A DNA stretch of 35,056 bases, from positions 1-35,056 of the forward strand of contig JASVEC010000182.1 in assembly GCA_030770535.1 (NCBI GenBank), read 5' to 3'. The stretch is from Batkoa obscura. Its lineage: Eukaryota. The notes below the pieces were generated by a model. It was given only the letters and a program-made list of their open reading frames with translations, made no database searches and had not been told where the DNA came from. The translations under genes were made by a program, and so were the position numbers. Below are positions 1 to 11,729 of this stretch, piece by piece. Position 1 is the first letter of the stretch; every line of letters begins with the position of its first letter.

Positions 1-16
1 AAATTAATAAACATAC

Positions 17-129
17 CCCAACCAAAGCCAGAAAGAAAAGGAAAAAGTAATTGATTAGTAATTATAGTGAGGATAGTGGAGCCTATGCTAGGGGCTACTG
101 GTGGTGACTTATTTTTTTTTGAGCTGCAT
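17..129 (-). CDS. Probable first exon of a small membrane protein, possibly Mim1/Tom13-like (gene continues beyond the window start)
   Basis: ATG at 129 and a GTATGT donor at 16-11. The frame KKNKSPPVAPSIGSTILTIITNQLLFPFLSGFGWG resembles the Mim1 core (INLxLPFxNGxxxGFG). It joins the ATG only if the 9-T run at 112-120 is off by one base. Confidence 0.3.
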
Positions 130-629
130 TTCGTTTTAAGATTGAAATTATAAAAAAATTAAAGATTAATTTTGAAAAATAGAAATTTTAGAAGCTATTT
201 TTTTTGGTTAGCAATTAAAACGAAAATCAAAAGATCAAGTTTATCTCTAAAAACTTAGTTATAAGTTTAATAATATTAGTAGATATAGCTTTATGTAAAT
301 GTATAAAAATGATATTATGAAATTCGTTTTAAGCAATGTGTTTTCATGTATATATAGTGTATTATTATTAATAGGATGCATCTAAAGAACGATTAAAATA
401 TTAAATATTATTGTAATATCTTGAACTAAAATTTATACTTGGCTTTAATTTTCAATATGACAAATAACGGTTAATAATTAAATAAAAAGCAATCCATTAT
501 TTACATATAAAGAAACCTACTATATTTACTTTTTAAACAACTTTAAAAAATTCCGCATTCAAAAATTAAAAATTAAAGTATTCATCATATAACGTATTAT
601 TATCAAAAAATATCTTTTTACTTAATCAC

Positions 630-1393
630 CTATTGTCCCTTCCCTTTCTCTAATCCAGCAGGTGAATCTACCTTCTTATTGATATCTTCAAATCCAACGG
701 TGGTGTTAATGTTTTCTTTGCTTTTTCGCCAAGATAATGATAATCTACAAATCGATAAGCTTGAGTTAATTGGGTTACTTCATTGGTGGCATGGCAAGCA
801 AATAACAACATATTTCTTGGTTCGACCATCCATGCAAAACGCATAAAGACGGCGGAGTAAAGGCAAAGGGCTAGAGAAAAGGAGATGAGTTAGCTATATT
901 GAGTTACCAACTTGTTCTTAATCGAACAAAATAAAGCAAATACAAATTAAAATTAAAAATAGCTAGTTTGATAGGTGATAGAGTTGATAGAGTTAATAAA
1001 GAGTTCAGTAAAATTTAACACTTACCTGTAGTCATTTTACCAGAGATTAATTCCGGGTCTTTATTTAAATCATTTATAGCAGCAATTGGAATACCCCAGT
1101 TAGCGACTAAAAAATAAAACTTAGTAGATAACTTTTGTTGTTGAGGATCATGGACTTACCAGGTCCCCAAAAATGCTATTTAAGGTTTTAAAAAAATAAA
1201 ATAATAAGTTTATGTTTTTTATAAAAGAATACATGTTCTACTTACAGTACTAAAGGTAAAGATTAATTATGAATAAGAATGGATATCAGTATTATTAATG
1301 GTTTATTTACCTGCATAAATACTCACGAAATTCTTTGGATTTTACTTTAGTCATTAATCTTTGAGTTATCGAATTGCTGGCTGGCCCACTCAT
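630..1393 (-). CDS. MPC1: Mitochondrial pyruvate carrier 1 (5 exons: 1393-1311, 1249-1246, 1175-1160, 1106-1026, 870-668/630)
   Basis: Manual splicing at GT-AG sites gives [92 protein letters not shown], a canonical MPC1 signature. As written the stop is at 668-670. With one extra G near 727 (YHYLGGK) it stops at 630-632. Confidence 0.95.
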
Positions 1394-1776
1394 TTTTTTA
1401 ATTTTTTATAAAAGAATATAAATGAAAAATTGATAAGAGTTTTGAAGTTTATTTTTTTTGGTGCTTAATTTTGTCCCTGAAAAAATAAAGATGAGTGAAA
1501 TCGGAAAGTTAATAGAGGGAAAGATAACATAAAGGCAATAGTATAGGAACTATAAATTTATTATAAAGGTTAATATATACTCTAATTATTAACCAAAATC
1601 ATTATTTAGTTTTACTATATTCCACATTGAATTCAAGTTAACACTTCTTTATCTATTGTAAATTCCTTCTAAACCATAGCTAATCTCCAACCAATAAAAA
1701 CATTGACATTATTTAGAGTGTCATTAACTTTTTTTTGAAAAGTGTCATAAGCTCCTTTTTTCAAAGCAATCTTTAA

Positions 1777-4141
1777 ATGGCACGTAAAAATCCTCCCAGG
1801 AAAGCAAAGACTTCCAATAACTATGTTTTTACTACCAATGAAGATGGGGAAGTCATTTTAGGAAAAGGTAAAGGGAATAGTGAACAAGTGGATGGGGATG
1901 AGACTGTGGATGGGACAACAATGGAAGGGGAGACGGATGGAGTAGGTAAGGAGGATTGGGGATTAAATGAAAAAAAGTGTTAATATAGTATATAGATAAT
2001 GTATAATGACGAACAAGAGTTAACTGTTGTCAATAAAACTAGCAGAAAACCTAAAAAAGTTATTGTAAAGAAAAGTAAGCTTAGAGTTATTTATGTTATT
2101 TAATTAATATTTATATTTGATCAACAGCTACTGTAACAGATAAAAAGAGCTCGATCAAGGATTATTTTACAAAGAAAACAAAAGATACTGTAGTCAGTTG
2201 CAAAGAAATTGTTAATGATGTAAAAGAAGAATTGATAGAATCGCAAATTATAACAGATGAGTGTATTCAAAAGGTAATATTACTTTGAGCTTATTAGAAT
2301 AAATAGATGTTAAATTAAAATAAAGGAACAAGAATCCGGTTCAGAAACTATTACAACTAAAAAAAGAAAGGGTAAAAAAGAGACAAATACAGAATCAAAA
2401 AGAGGCAAAAAACAAACTAGAAAGAGAGATGAAAGCAGCGAAGAAGAGTATATAGATAATGGAATAGAAAGTGAAGAAAAATATATAGATAATGACGAAG
2501 TAGCTGAAGATGAAATAGATAAAGAAGAAGCGATAGTTAAAAAGAAAACCACAATGAATAGTAAAAAAATTAAGAGTAATTTTCCAACTACTAAAAAGAA
2601 TAAATTAAAACAAAAGATGCCAAAAACATTTGAACTTATTCAAAATAAAGAAGAAAGCGAGATAAGTGATCCTAAATTAGTTGACAGTATTTATTTTCGA
2701 AGAAGGGAATATGATGTTTTGGAAGTAAAAGAAGGAGAGTATGAGCAAATGTTTCAATCACATAATATTAAATTAAGAATCGAAGAAGAAAAGTATGAAC
2801 TGAAATCATATGATGGTATGGAAGTTAATGGGTACAAAATATTTAATATTAATTTGAGTAGTTATTGGATTGATTTTGACTATAGCGGGCAGTATTTAGC
2901 AGTAGCAGGTAGTTCAAAAGATAAGGGTAGTGAATTAAAGATGGAATTTAATTTTGATAATAAAAAAGGTTGGATCCAAATTTGGGACTTAAAGAAAATG
3001 AAGTTAATTATTAATATTCGGCATAATTTTAGTGTTTTGTTAAAGTTGAAGTGGTGGAATATCAATATGGATAAAATCAATATTGAAAATAGTATTAGTT
3101 TAGGTTGTTTGGTAGTTAATGGAGAAGATGGTAAAATAAGACTATTTGAAATACCAAAAATAAAAGAAGAAGAAGAAATTATGCATATTGAACTAACGGA
3201 TGAGTCAAAAAATATTATAGGAATTTTAAAACACCCAGAAATTTTATATAATAATTTTGAACTGTTCAGTAATAACCTTTTAATAGCTATTAGTTTACAA
3301 GGGAACATTATCAATTATGATTTGACAGACTGCATTTTAAATCAAAACAATATTAATAAAATACCAAAGTTTATTGCCCAACCTCATCATTCCCCAATCT
3401 CCTACATTACTTTATTATGCAATAAATACCTATTCACATTTTCATACGATGGCAAAGCAATGATTCAATCACTTAATGATTATGAAAAGAAATTTAAATT
3501 ACATACATCAAGAACAGCACCCAACAATGCTACTACTATTGTTTATGACAATCAACAGTATGTCTTATTTTCAGATCAACAAGGAGGTATAAAATGGCTA
3601 CATTTTATGGATTTAGATTTAAGCTGTAAATTATATAAATGTAACACATATCCAAAATCACCAGCGGTTAAGTATTTAGCTAGTCAATATCATCATTTAA
3701 CGGCCACAACTACATTTCAAGGCACGCTGGATTTGTTTATGTGTTGGGGTATGAATACTAGGGGAGATAGGGTAAGTCGAAGCTTTGATTTTTTAATAGT
3801 TAATTGATCTTATTTTTTAATTTTGTTTTAGGCATTTTCAGAGGTAAGTATAGTGAAAGTGGAACAAGAAGACGAAAACGAAGAGTTACAGTTATCCTTA
3901 TTAAAAGAGATACCTAAGGTAAAATGACATAGTTTTAATATTATTTATTTGTTTATTTATTTGTTAGGATTTATTAAAAAATGAAAAATATCATTTAAAA
4001 TTATTAAAAAATACTCAACCCCATTTTTTAACTAAGTTATATTTTAATACTGTTATATGGTGTCAGAATAAAAATAAGCCATTTTTAGTTGCTACTACAA
4101 CTAATAATGGTCTGTTGATAGTAAAGGATTTGAAAGAGTGA
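1777..4141 (+). CDS. WD40-repeat protein, probable TFIIIC subunit (Tfc6/Sfc6/GTF3C2-like); exons ~1777-1941, 1996-2074, 2128-2273, 2326-3771, 3832-3918, 3968-4141
   Basis: A charged low-complexity N-terminus is followed by WD-like blades (WIDFDYSGQYLAVAG, GWIQIWDL, LKLKWW, GEDGKIRLFEIP). The C-terminus VIWCQNKNKPFLVATTTNNGLLIVKDL resembles the Tfc6/GTF3C2 end. Exons join in frame at GT-AG sites. Confidence 0.7.
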
Positions 4142-5058
4142 AAATAAGAAATATATAATATATAGGTTTTATAGAACTTTTCAATTTAATTTATAAATAA
4201 GAAATTAAACATGTATAAATAAATTAAAGCTTAATATTGAATATTTTTTTGATATTTTACTAATTTTATAAATGAAAGATAAACAAAAAATAATACTTTT
4301 TTTAATTTGAACTTGAGTGTATAAAATTATTAAATTGTATCAAAGCCAATCTAAAAAAAATTATTAACAACTTTAGAACTTTATGATTTTATAGATTGAA
4401 TACTCTATCATTATAATTATAGAATACTAAGAAAGCAAAAAATCGAAGAGAAATGTAGTATTCCAGCTTTAAATTAGAACTATGGAGGATAAAGGATTGA
4501 ATCTTATTTTCTAAAACATGAATATCTTTTGGTCTATCGCTTATACATTTAGAAAGTAAAGACTCTTTGTTATCATACAGTGTTAAACATTTAATATTAT
4601 AATTGACCAAGTAAAATGATGAATAATTTTAATATGATCAATAAGTATGCTAATACCAATATAAAATTGCTCATTCGATATTCCTTCCTTGATCATTTCA
4701 AATTTAAAGTTATTTTGGTGCTACGATTTAATAAAATTTTTTAATGAATGAATAATTTCTGATACTTTTGAGTTGTTTATGTTTGATGAATTAATGTGCA
4801 ATACACAGTCAAAAAGGTGCTTAAAGAACACACCACATTTGTAGCAATAGTTAGAATAAGTTAACAAGGTTATTTCAATTGCTAATTTAGCTGCTTTATT
4901 CTCACTTAATTTTAATATTGTATTCTCCCTTTTCCATAAGTCGTGAGTATTAAATTGTAAGTTAATATAAGGGTCACCAATAGAAACTAAAAGTACTGCT
5001 ACTGAATAACACTACTTTCTTTCGCTGTTATTTTTATAATCTAAGTGTAAACCTAATA

Positions 5059-5163
5059 ACATGGGGATGTGTTTTTTTGTTTAAGAATTTTACTATAATC
5101 TTTCCACTCAGATAGCGCTTAAAAAAAGGAAAAATAATGAAACTAAAAAAAACAGCCTCATAT
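5059..5163 (-). mobile_element. ~100-bp MITE-like element, copy 1
   Basis: acatGGGGATGT...ttaagaattttact...atagcgcttaaaaa...CAGCCTCatat is the reverse complement of the consensus seen at 11369-11474. Confidence 0.85.
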
Positions 5164-5440
5164 GGAATAGCTATATAGATTAGAAAAGTAATAAGATAGA
5201 GTGCTAAGATACTTCCTTTTAATTCATTTAATAACGTCATGATTAATTGAATAGCACTTAAAGTAATCTTTGATTGATTTGGTTTGAGATATTGCAGTAG
5301 TTTATCTTTCAAAAATGTTTTCAAATCTGACAACCTATTATTACAACCAATATGGTTTAAACCAACTAACATGATAGGGCAGATCAACATGTTATCTCTT
5401 CTTTTGTCTATAAATTGATTATAAGTAAATAATAGCAATA

Positions 5441-5545
5441 ATATGTGAGTGTTTTTTTGGCTTCACTACTTTTTCTATTTTTAAGCACTAATTGAGCAGA
5501 AAAATTATTAGTAAAATTCTTAAACACAAAAATACATCCCCATAT
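5441..5545 (+). mobile_element. MITE-like element, copy 2
   Basis: atatGTGAGTGTTTTTTTGGCTTCA...AAAATTCTTAAACACAAAAATACATCCCCatat, with ATAT on both flanks. Confidence 0.85.
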
Positions 5546-5729
5546 GTTTTGTTTTGTACTTTTACAGGATATGATCAATACAATAAGTAGCTATAAGAAT
5601 ATATAGTTGCTTTTTGAATATAGCCATGGCAACAAAATTACCTATGGTGTATTACTTACCAGCTTTTTTGTTTAAACCTAAGACTGAATTTTATTATATT
5701 TGATTCTTCAAATAGAACAGAACATCAAA

Positions 5730-5832
5730 AAATGGGGATGTTTTTTTTGTTTAAGAATTTTACCAATAATTTTTCCATTCAAATAGTGCTTAAAAATAGA
5801 AAAGTAATGAAGCCAAAAAAACACCCACAAAT
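5730..5832 (-). mobile_element. MITE-like element, copy 3
   Basis: aaatGGGGATG...TGAAGCCAAAAAAACACCCACaaat, with AAAT on both flanks. Confidence 0.85.
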
Positions 5833-6214
5833 ATTGCTTTCATTTAACTTTAAGTAACACTATGAATTTCATTTAGAACTTAACTTTGAGTAGGATTTTA
5901 AACTTGCCCATATTATAAGAAAAGTTTTATCATTTTATGCTAATAACAATAAATTAATATTACAGAGCCTTTTAACTTATTGCGAATAATAAAAGTTTTA
6001 AAAAAAATTAAAAAAAGTTTTTATTTTAATATAATTATAATAATACGCCAGATGATATTAAATTTTTTTAGTAAAACAAAAATAGAAGAAAAAAGTATAA
6101 GCGGGAGAATGCCATGCTCAACTCAGTACATTTTCTTATACTTTTTCAAGCCTCAACATTATCCATAGTCTCCTCCCTTATTAGTTAAATAATTAATAAA
6201 CTTCAGCTTTAAAT

Positions 6215-8266
6215 TCAGTTCCTCCTTTGGAATGAACTAGCGGTAGGCGACATTTCCGTAGGTGACATCGTTGCTCCTGTATTATCCATCTGCTCTGGCT
6301 CCTCATTTATGACTATGATATTCTTTCCTCTAGCATATTTAGGATTTACTGCCCCATCTATTGAAAACTGTGACAATGGTCTACTTGGATTTGATTTGGA
6401 CCTCAATCTTGTTCTAATAGTAGGATTAGATACTGTACGTATCAAATTTTTCATTAAAGAATTTGGACTATTTTCTTGCACTCTATTCCCAACTTCTTCC
6501 ATGTCCCCAACACTACCTGAATCCATTCCCACCGTTGAATTACTTGCTAATCCGCACCCAGGAGACAATCCAGGTAAAGCATCATTATTAAATTTAGTAA
6601 TTGAAGGTTTTCTATATAAACTTGAAGCTTCCAACTGCTCATCTGTAAACAAAGTTCGCTTTTTTAAATGATCGTCTTTTTCTGGGTGGATTAAGTTGCT
6701 CAATTTAACTAACATAGATTTTCCTGAATCCACTGTCATGGTAGAAGTTCGTGATGCTTGAGGTCGTATAGTACGTTGGATGTGAACTGGTAAGCTAGAA
6801 TTTTTTGGATGTGGGGTAGGCATACGATTAGAATCTACTTTAATGCTTTCCGTACCTTCTAAATTTTCTGGTGAGGTTAATGTATAACTTGTATGTGTAC
6901 TTGGATCATTTTCATTTCTTATAATGTTTGCTGTTAAGTTACTGATTGTACCTGTTGGTCTAGAGGAATTGTTGCTATTATTATTGTTTTCTTCTATTTG
7001 ACTTTCATTAATGTTGATTGCTTTTTCTTTCATTTCAGGTTCTTCTAAAGCTAATGTTTCATACATTCTAGAAGTTTGTAAAATAATAACTCCGCCACAG
7101 ATGCAAAAGAAAGCTAAAATAAGGGTAACAATAGAGATTGGAGAAGCGGCAAAGCCTTTATATAAGATAGCTGAGGATACAATCGTAGCTGTTGTAAATG
7201 TAACATAATACATTGGGGTGATTTCTGCTGTTACAAACTCGTTTAATGCTTTATTTAAATAATTGATCTGTGTTATGATGGTCAATACTACAAATACTAT
7301 CAGTAAATAAATAAACCAATGTGTAAATTGATTATCTCCTGAAATTGAGGTAATGATGGCACTACCTACTGCTTGCAATGTAACTACAGATAATGAACCA
7401 ATAAAAGAGCAGATAGAAATATAAATAATGGGATGTTTTTTGCCATATTTTGGGGCCATTCTATAAGCTAAAAATATAGATATTAGGATCACTAAAATAG
7501 TGTATGTTAAAAAGCCTAAATTTTAAATATGTTAATGTCTTATTAAAAGTAAAATTTATAATTTAGTTTTACCCGGAGAAATAGCAAGCTCCATAAACTG
7601 GTCGATTTTACCAGGGGCACTTTGCTCTGGTGCATGAAGTACTACAATTACGGATCCTAATAAACAAATGATACATCCAATTTTACCATGGAAATTAAGT
7701 CTTTCTTTCAAAAACACAGAAGATAGAACAGCACTAAAACAAGCCTTGTCATTCATTATTCATATTGTTAATATTTTATATCAATACCTAACAACTACAC
7801 TTAAAGCACCTAATGGAGTAACTAAAACAGCCGGTGCTAATATATAAGCTACAAAGTTGGTAACTTCACCTAAAGCCACTAATAAAAGGAGTAAGTATTT
7901 GGCTTGCAGTAATGATTTATTAAATTACTTACTCAATATCATACCAGCCCACCACATGGTAGATTTTAGATAGCCATGACCGTCTTCTATTAATTAAAAG
8001 TATAAATATAGATGCTCAAAAAGTAATTATTTATAATCAAAACTTTATGATATAATGACAACCTACCTTCTCCTTCCACCCTTGAAGAGATTAATCCTTT
8101 TTTCTTTAAGATAAAACTTATACCAATTAATAAGCCTAAGAGCAAATGAATTAGTAACTGAATGATTGATGTAGCTTTGACTTGAATTACCCGATAATAC
8201 AGCTAAGATGATACCTACTGCACGATAGATTGGATCACCATTCACATCTATTTCAATACCTGCCAT
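6215..8266 (-). CDS. NIPA-family magnesium transporter (exons 8266-8191, 8135-8067, 7986-7933, 7878-7788, 7733-7573, 7515-6215)
   Basis: The spliced product contains [71 protein letters not shown] and QINYLNKALNEF. These are hallmark NIPA motifs, followed by a long hydrophilic C-tail. Confidence 0.95.
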
Positions 8267-10887
8267 TGTTTATTGTAAATTTGAAATTAAGTTGTGAAAA
8301 AATTAAGTTTATTTTTTTGATTGTTTAAAGTGGAAGAATGAGTAGTTGAATTGGAATTATAACGATTACAGGATAGAATTATATGATGGTAATGTATATA
8401 TTTTCTTTAAAGAAATAAATATAGCTTAATTAAAATTCAAAAGAGTAATACAAATAAAATATTAATAAAAAGGAAAAGAATAGGCTATTGAGAATAGATT
8501 TGAGTGGGGAGAATCAAAGTTTGAATTTTACAATTTGGTTAAATTACTAATCCTTCTAAAAGAAGCATGAATTCATTTTACAGGACAAAAATGAGCTCAT
8601 TTTTAATGGTGATATTACTAAATTTAGTGGGCTCAATATTTCTTTCATGCTTATCTTTTTGATTTTTTTTAGGGTAAACTTTAAGGATTGCTTGTTTTTT
8701 GTACACTGATTGATAAAAATTACGAAGAAAATGAAAGGCTCAATTATTAAGTTTCAATTAATGGAGCAAATTAAAAATTGATGAGCTCAAAAGCCGAAAT
8801 ATAATTGGTAAGTCTCATAATACCTAGCATAGCTGTTAGTAAGATTTTTTTTAAACAATTATGAGTTTAACCTGACGAGATTAATGGAAACTTCGGAACT
8901 ATTATTAAGGTAAGAGAGATATTGAATTGATTTAGAAATAATTAAACTATAATATGTTTATTTAAAAAAATCAATATACTAATTAAAGCGATAGTCAGTT
9001 CTATTATCAATTATTATAAATCAATAATATGGAAGAAATCAAACCCTTGTTCCATTCCTTGTGCCGTCGGGACAACCTAAAAAAACATTATTCTTGTTGA
9101 GCCAATCAAAAGGCTGACTGCGAATGGCATGTTTTTTGATTATAAATTTTTATAAAAATTTAATTTCAATATGATCGACATTCATCAATAGCTTAATTTT
9201 CATTATAGATTTTCATAGATTTTATTATTACAACTTAAAATTCTCCTTTTGGATAGTTGTTTTATATCTATTTAAATTTAACTGTGCAGCAGGGCTAATT
9301 GTTTATTTAAGCATAGATTTTTAGATTAAATTTCAATAAAGCCTAAGGACTTTAGGCTTTGGAAAACAATCAAATAAGTAGCAGCTAAAGAGCTTTTTTA
9401 AAAACTACATATTTGGGTGTTAAACAGCTATATATGCTACCTCTTTATCAATTTTGTTAATATTTTCAAAAGGATTTGAGCATTTGTAGTTTTGGTTTAT
9501 TAAATGTTATAACATAAGAGGGTAAACTTTCATTTATTTTTTAGTAGTAACTAGGAACTTGAAGAGTTTTATCAGACATATGTAAAAGTTATATACCGGC
9601 TATATTTGATTTGATTTTATGCCGAATATTATAAATTATATAGAGTTCAATACTCCTCGATTTTTTAAATTAATTTAATCCGATGATTTAAGATAAAATG
9701 GGTAAATTAATTTTGTTTTAAAAAATAAGTTTGAACTTTAACAAAAAATGTTAGAGAATATTATTTGTACTAAACTAACGATTTATAATAGTGTTATTTA
9801 AAGGTATTTTCTTAATATAAAAATTAAATAGCTATTTTAGAAATTGATGCATCTTTTAAAAAATAAATATAACAGTAGCTTAAGAATTGTTACAATATTT
9901 TATAAAGTTGTATTTTCTTTTTATTTTCTTACAGAAAACAAATTATCAGCTTATACTATTATTAAATAATATAAAACAAAAAAATTGTATAAATGTTTAT
10001 CTATATTTAGGTTTGGAAAGAAGTTCCTTTTAAAATACTAAAAATTCTAACACTATTGGATTATATGATATTTATTTAATAATCTTTTAATAACTTTATT
10101 TATTAATTTCAAAACCTTAGATAATATTCTTAGGGATACATTAAGTTTATTATTTTTATTAAATAAAAACAAAATAAAATAAGTACAAACTCCCTGTAGT
10201 CAGTAGCTGAGATAATAAATAGCTATATTAAATAATTTAAATTAGGGTTTTGAAAGTAATATCTGATGTAAAAGAATTTCAGTAAAGTTGAAATTCTATA
10301 CCTTTCAACCCAAATCAACTATAATCATTCACCTCAGCTCATTCTCATTTGAAATACTTAAATTGGCTCTTTGCTTTCTTTTGTAGCCTTTTAACTATAC
10401 ATCATAGCCTTTATTCGTTGTTCTCGGATGCTAAACTAAGAAAAGTATCATTGCTAGCAAGTTACTATTTATCAGTCCAAGTACTTGCTTGGGTATCAAT
10501 TGCAAATTTTCTATCTTTGAAGTACGACTATGAGCAAGGATACTGTGAGGAGGTATTAGGCAAGTAAGATTAGAGAGTAGGATGGGTTATTTAAAGAAAA
10601 AAGCTTTGCTATCTTAATAGAGGGTTTATATATCGGGTAGGATTCAATTGACTCAATTTACAAATGAGCTTTGGATATATATTTTTACAGACCTTTTCAT
10701 AGATAATATTGTTATTCAATTGTTTTTTTAACAAATAAAGTCTTATATTAAACTATGAAACTATTTGAGCCCGTTATACTCTCTCTTAAAACAATCTTTT
10801 TACAAACATAGTATCAATAGTTTAAGAGTCAAACATTTAATTTAATGTAATAAATATTATTGTATATCTTTAATCTTTTGTTCACTG

Positions 10888-10977
10888 TTTAGGGGTGTTT
10901 CTTTAGCTTCATCACTATTTCCATATTTTAAACGGAAAACTAGTAAAATTCTTAAATACAAAAATACATTCCCATAT
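10888..10977 (+). mobile_element. MITE-like element, copy 4 (internal deletion)
   Basis: GGGGTGTTTCTTTAGCTTCATC...TAGTAAAATTCTTAAATACAAAAATACATTCCCatat; part of the central segment is missing. Confidence 0.8.
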
Positions 10978-11054
10978 CTTCTTTTTTTTCACTTCACTTA
11001 CAATATAGAATAAAAAAGGTTTCTACCTGATATCAAAAGTAACGCGATGTCATG

Positions 11055-11153
11055 AAATGGGGATGTTTTTTTCATTACTTTCTCTTCTTTAAGTGTTATT
11101 TGAGGTGAAAGATTATTAATAAAATTATCAAACAAAAAAATACATCCCCGTAT
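11055..11153 (+). mobile_element. MITE-like element, copy 5 (diverged)
   Basis: aaatGGGGATGTTTTTTTCATTAC...AAACAAAAAAATACATCCCCgtat. Confidence 0.8.
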
Positions 11154-11368
11154 CATGCATGGTATCATGATATTAAGTAGAAATTTTTTTACAAAAAACT
11201 AAAAAAATCCTTTCAAAAATTCTATTAGTCTATTTACTTATTTGTGTAACTTTTCCCTGCCTAAAATCTTGGGGGTCACTAAGTTTTAGATAAATAGAAA
11301 GTTTATATATTGGTTAGCTAATTTTAATTATTATGCAATTTTTTAAAAGTTGGACTAAGAAATTTAGC

Positions 11369-11474
11369 ATATGGGGATGTTTTTTTAGCTTCAGCATTTT
11401 TTCCATCTTTTAAGCGCTATTTGAGCGGAAAATTTGTTAGTGAAATTCTTAAAAACAAAAATACATCCCCATAT
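11369..11474 (+). mobile_element. MITE-like element, copy 6 (best-preserved ends; used as reference orientation)
   Basis: Perfect 12-bp inverted ends ATATGGGGATGT / ACATCCCCATAT enclose TTAAGCGCTATTTGAGCGGAAAATTTGTTAG. Confidence 0.9.
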
Positions 11475-11729
11475 AAAGCTAGAGGTGTAACAATCATTTA
11501 AGAAAAACAAAATTGATTCAATGCTATTACAAAAACTTTAACCAATGAAGACAAAATTAAACCAATCAAGTAACTAATTGATTTTATGAAATGAAATGTA
11601 AAATTAATTCATAATAATAAAGGTTATTTTTCAGGTTATTTCTTTATTATAATTAACTATAATTTTTGATTTGATTTTCAAAAATACTGTTTTTATATAA
11701 ATAAATTATCAAATATGTTAATCTCTTAT

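Larger units (their letters stand above)
4389..5700 (-). pseudogene. Possible decayed gene of unknown family, interrupted by two MITE copies
   Basis: Several consecutive minus-strand open stretches (5438-5164, ~5003-4716, 4712-4587, 4610-4389) are separated by stops, frameshifts and MITE insertions. No family was recognised. Confidence 0.3.

Noticed and set aside
2310..3314. Minus-strand ORFs 2310-2552 and 2880-3314
   Set aside because: Antisense shadows of the WD40 gene exon.
5034..5438. 134-aa ORF as an intact gene
   Set aside because: It has a non-ATG start, and roughly its last third is translated MITE copy 1.
5980..7208. Plus-strand ORFs 5980-6168, 6309-6671 and 7011-7208
   Set aside because: Low-complexity sequence or antisense shadows of the NIPA gene.
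9338..9360. Hairpin AAAGCCTAA-ggact-TTAGGCTTT
   Set aside because: A single 9-bp stem without context, plausible by chance. Bacterial-type terminators are not relevant here.
10349..10567. 72-aa plus-strand ORF
   Set aside because: Starts at TTG, with no recognisable motif or exon context.
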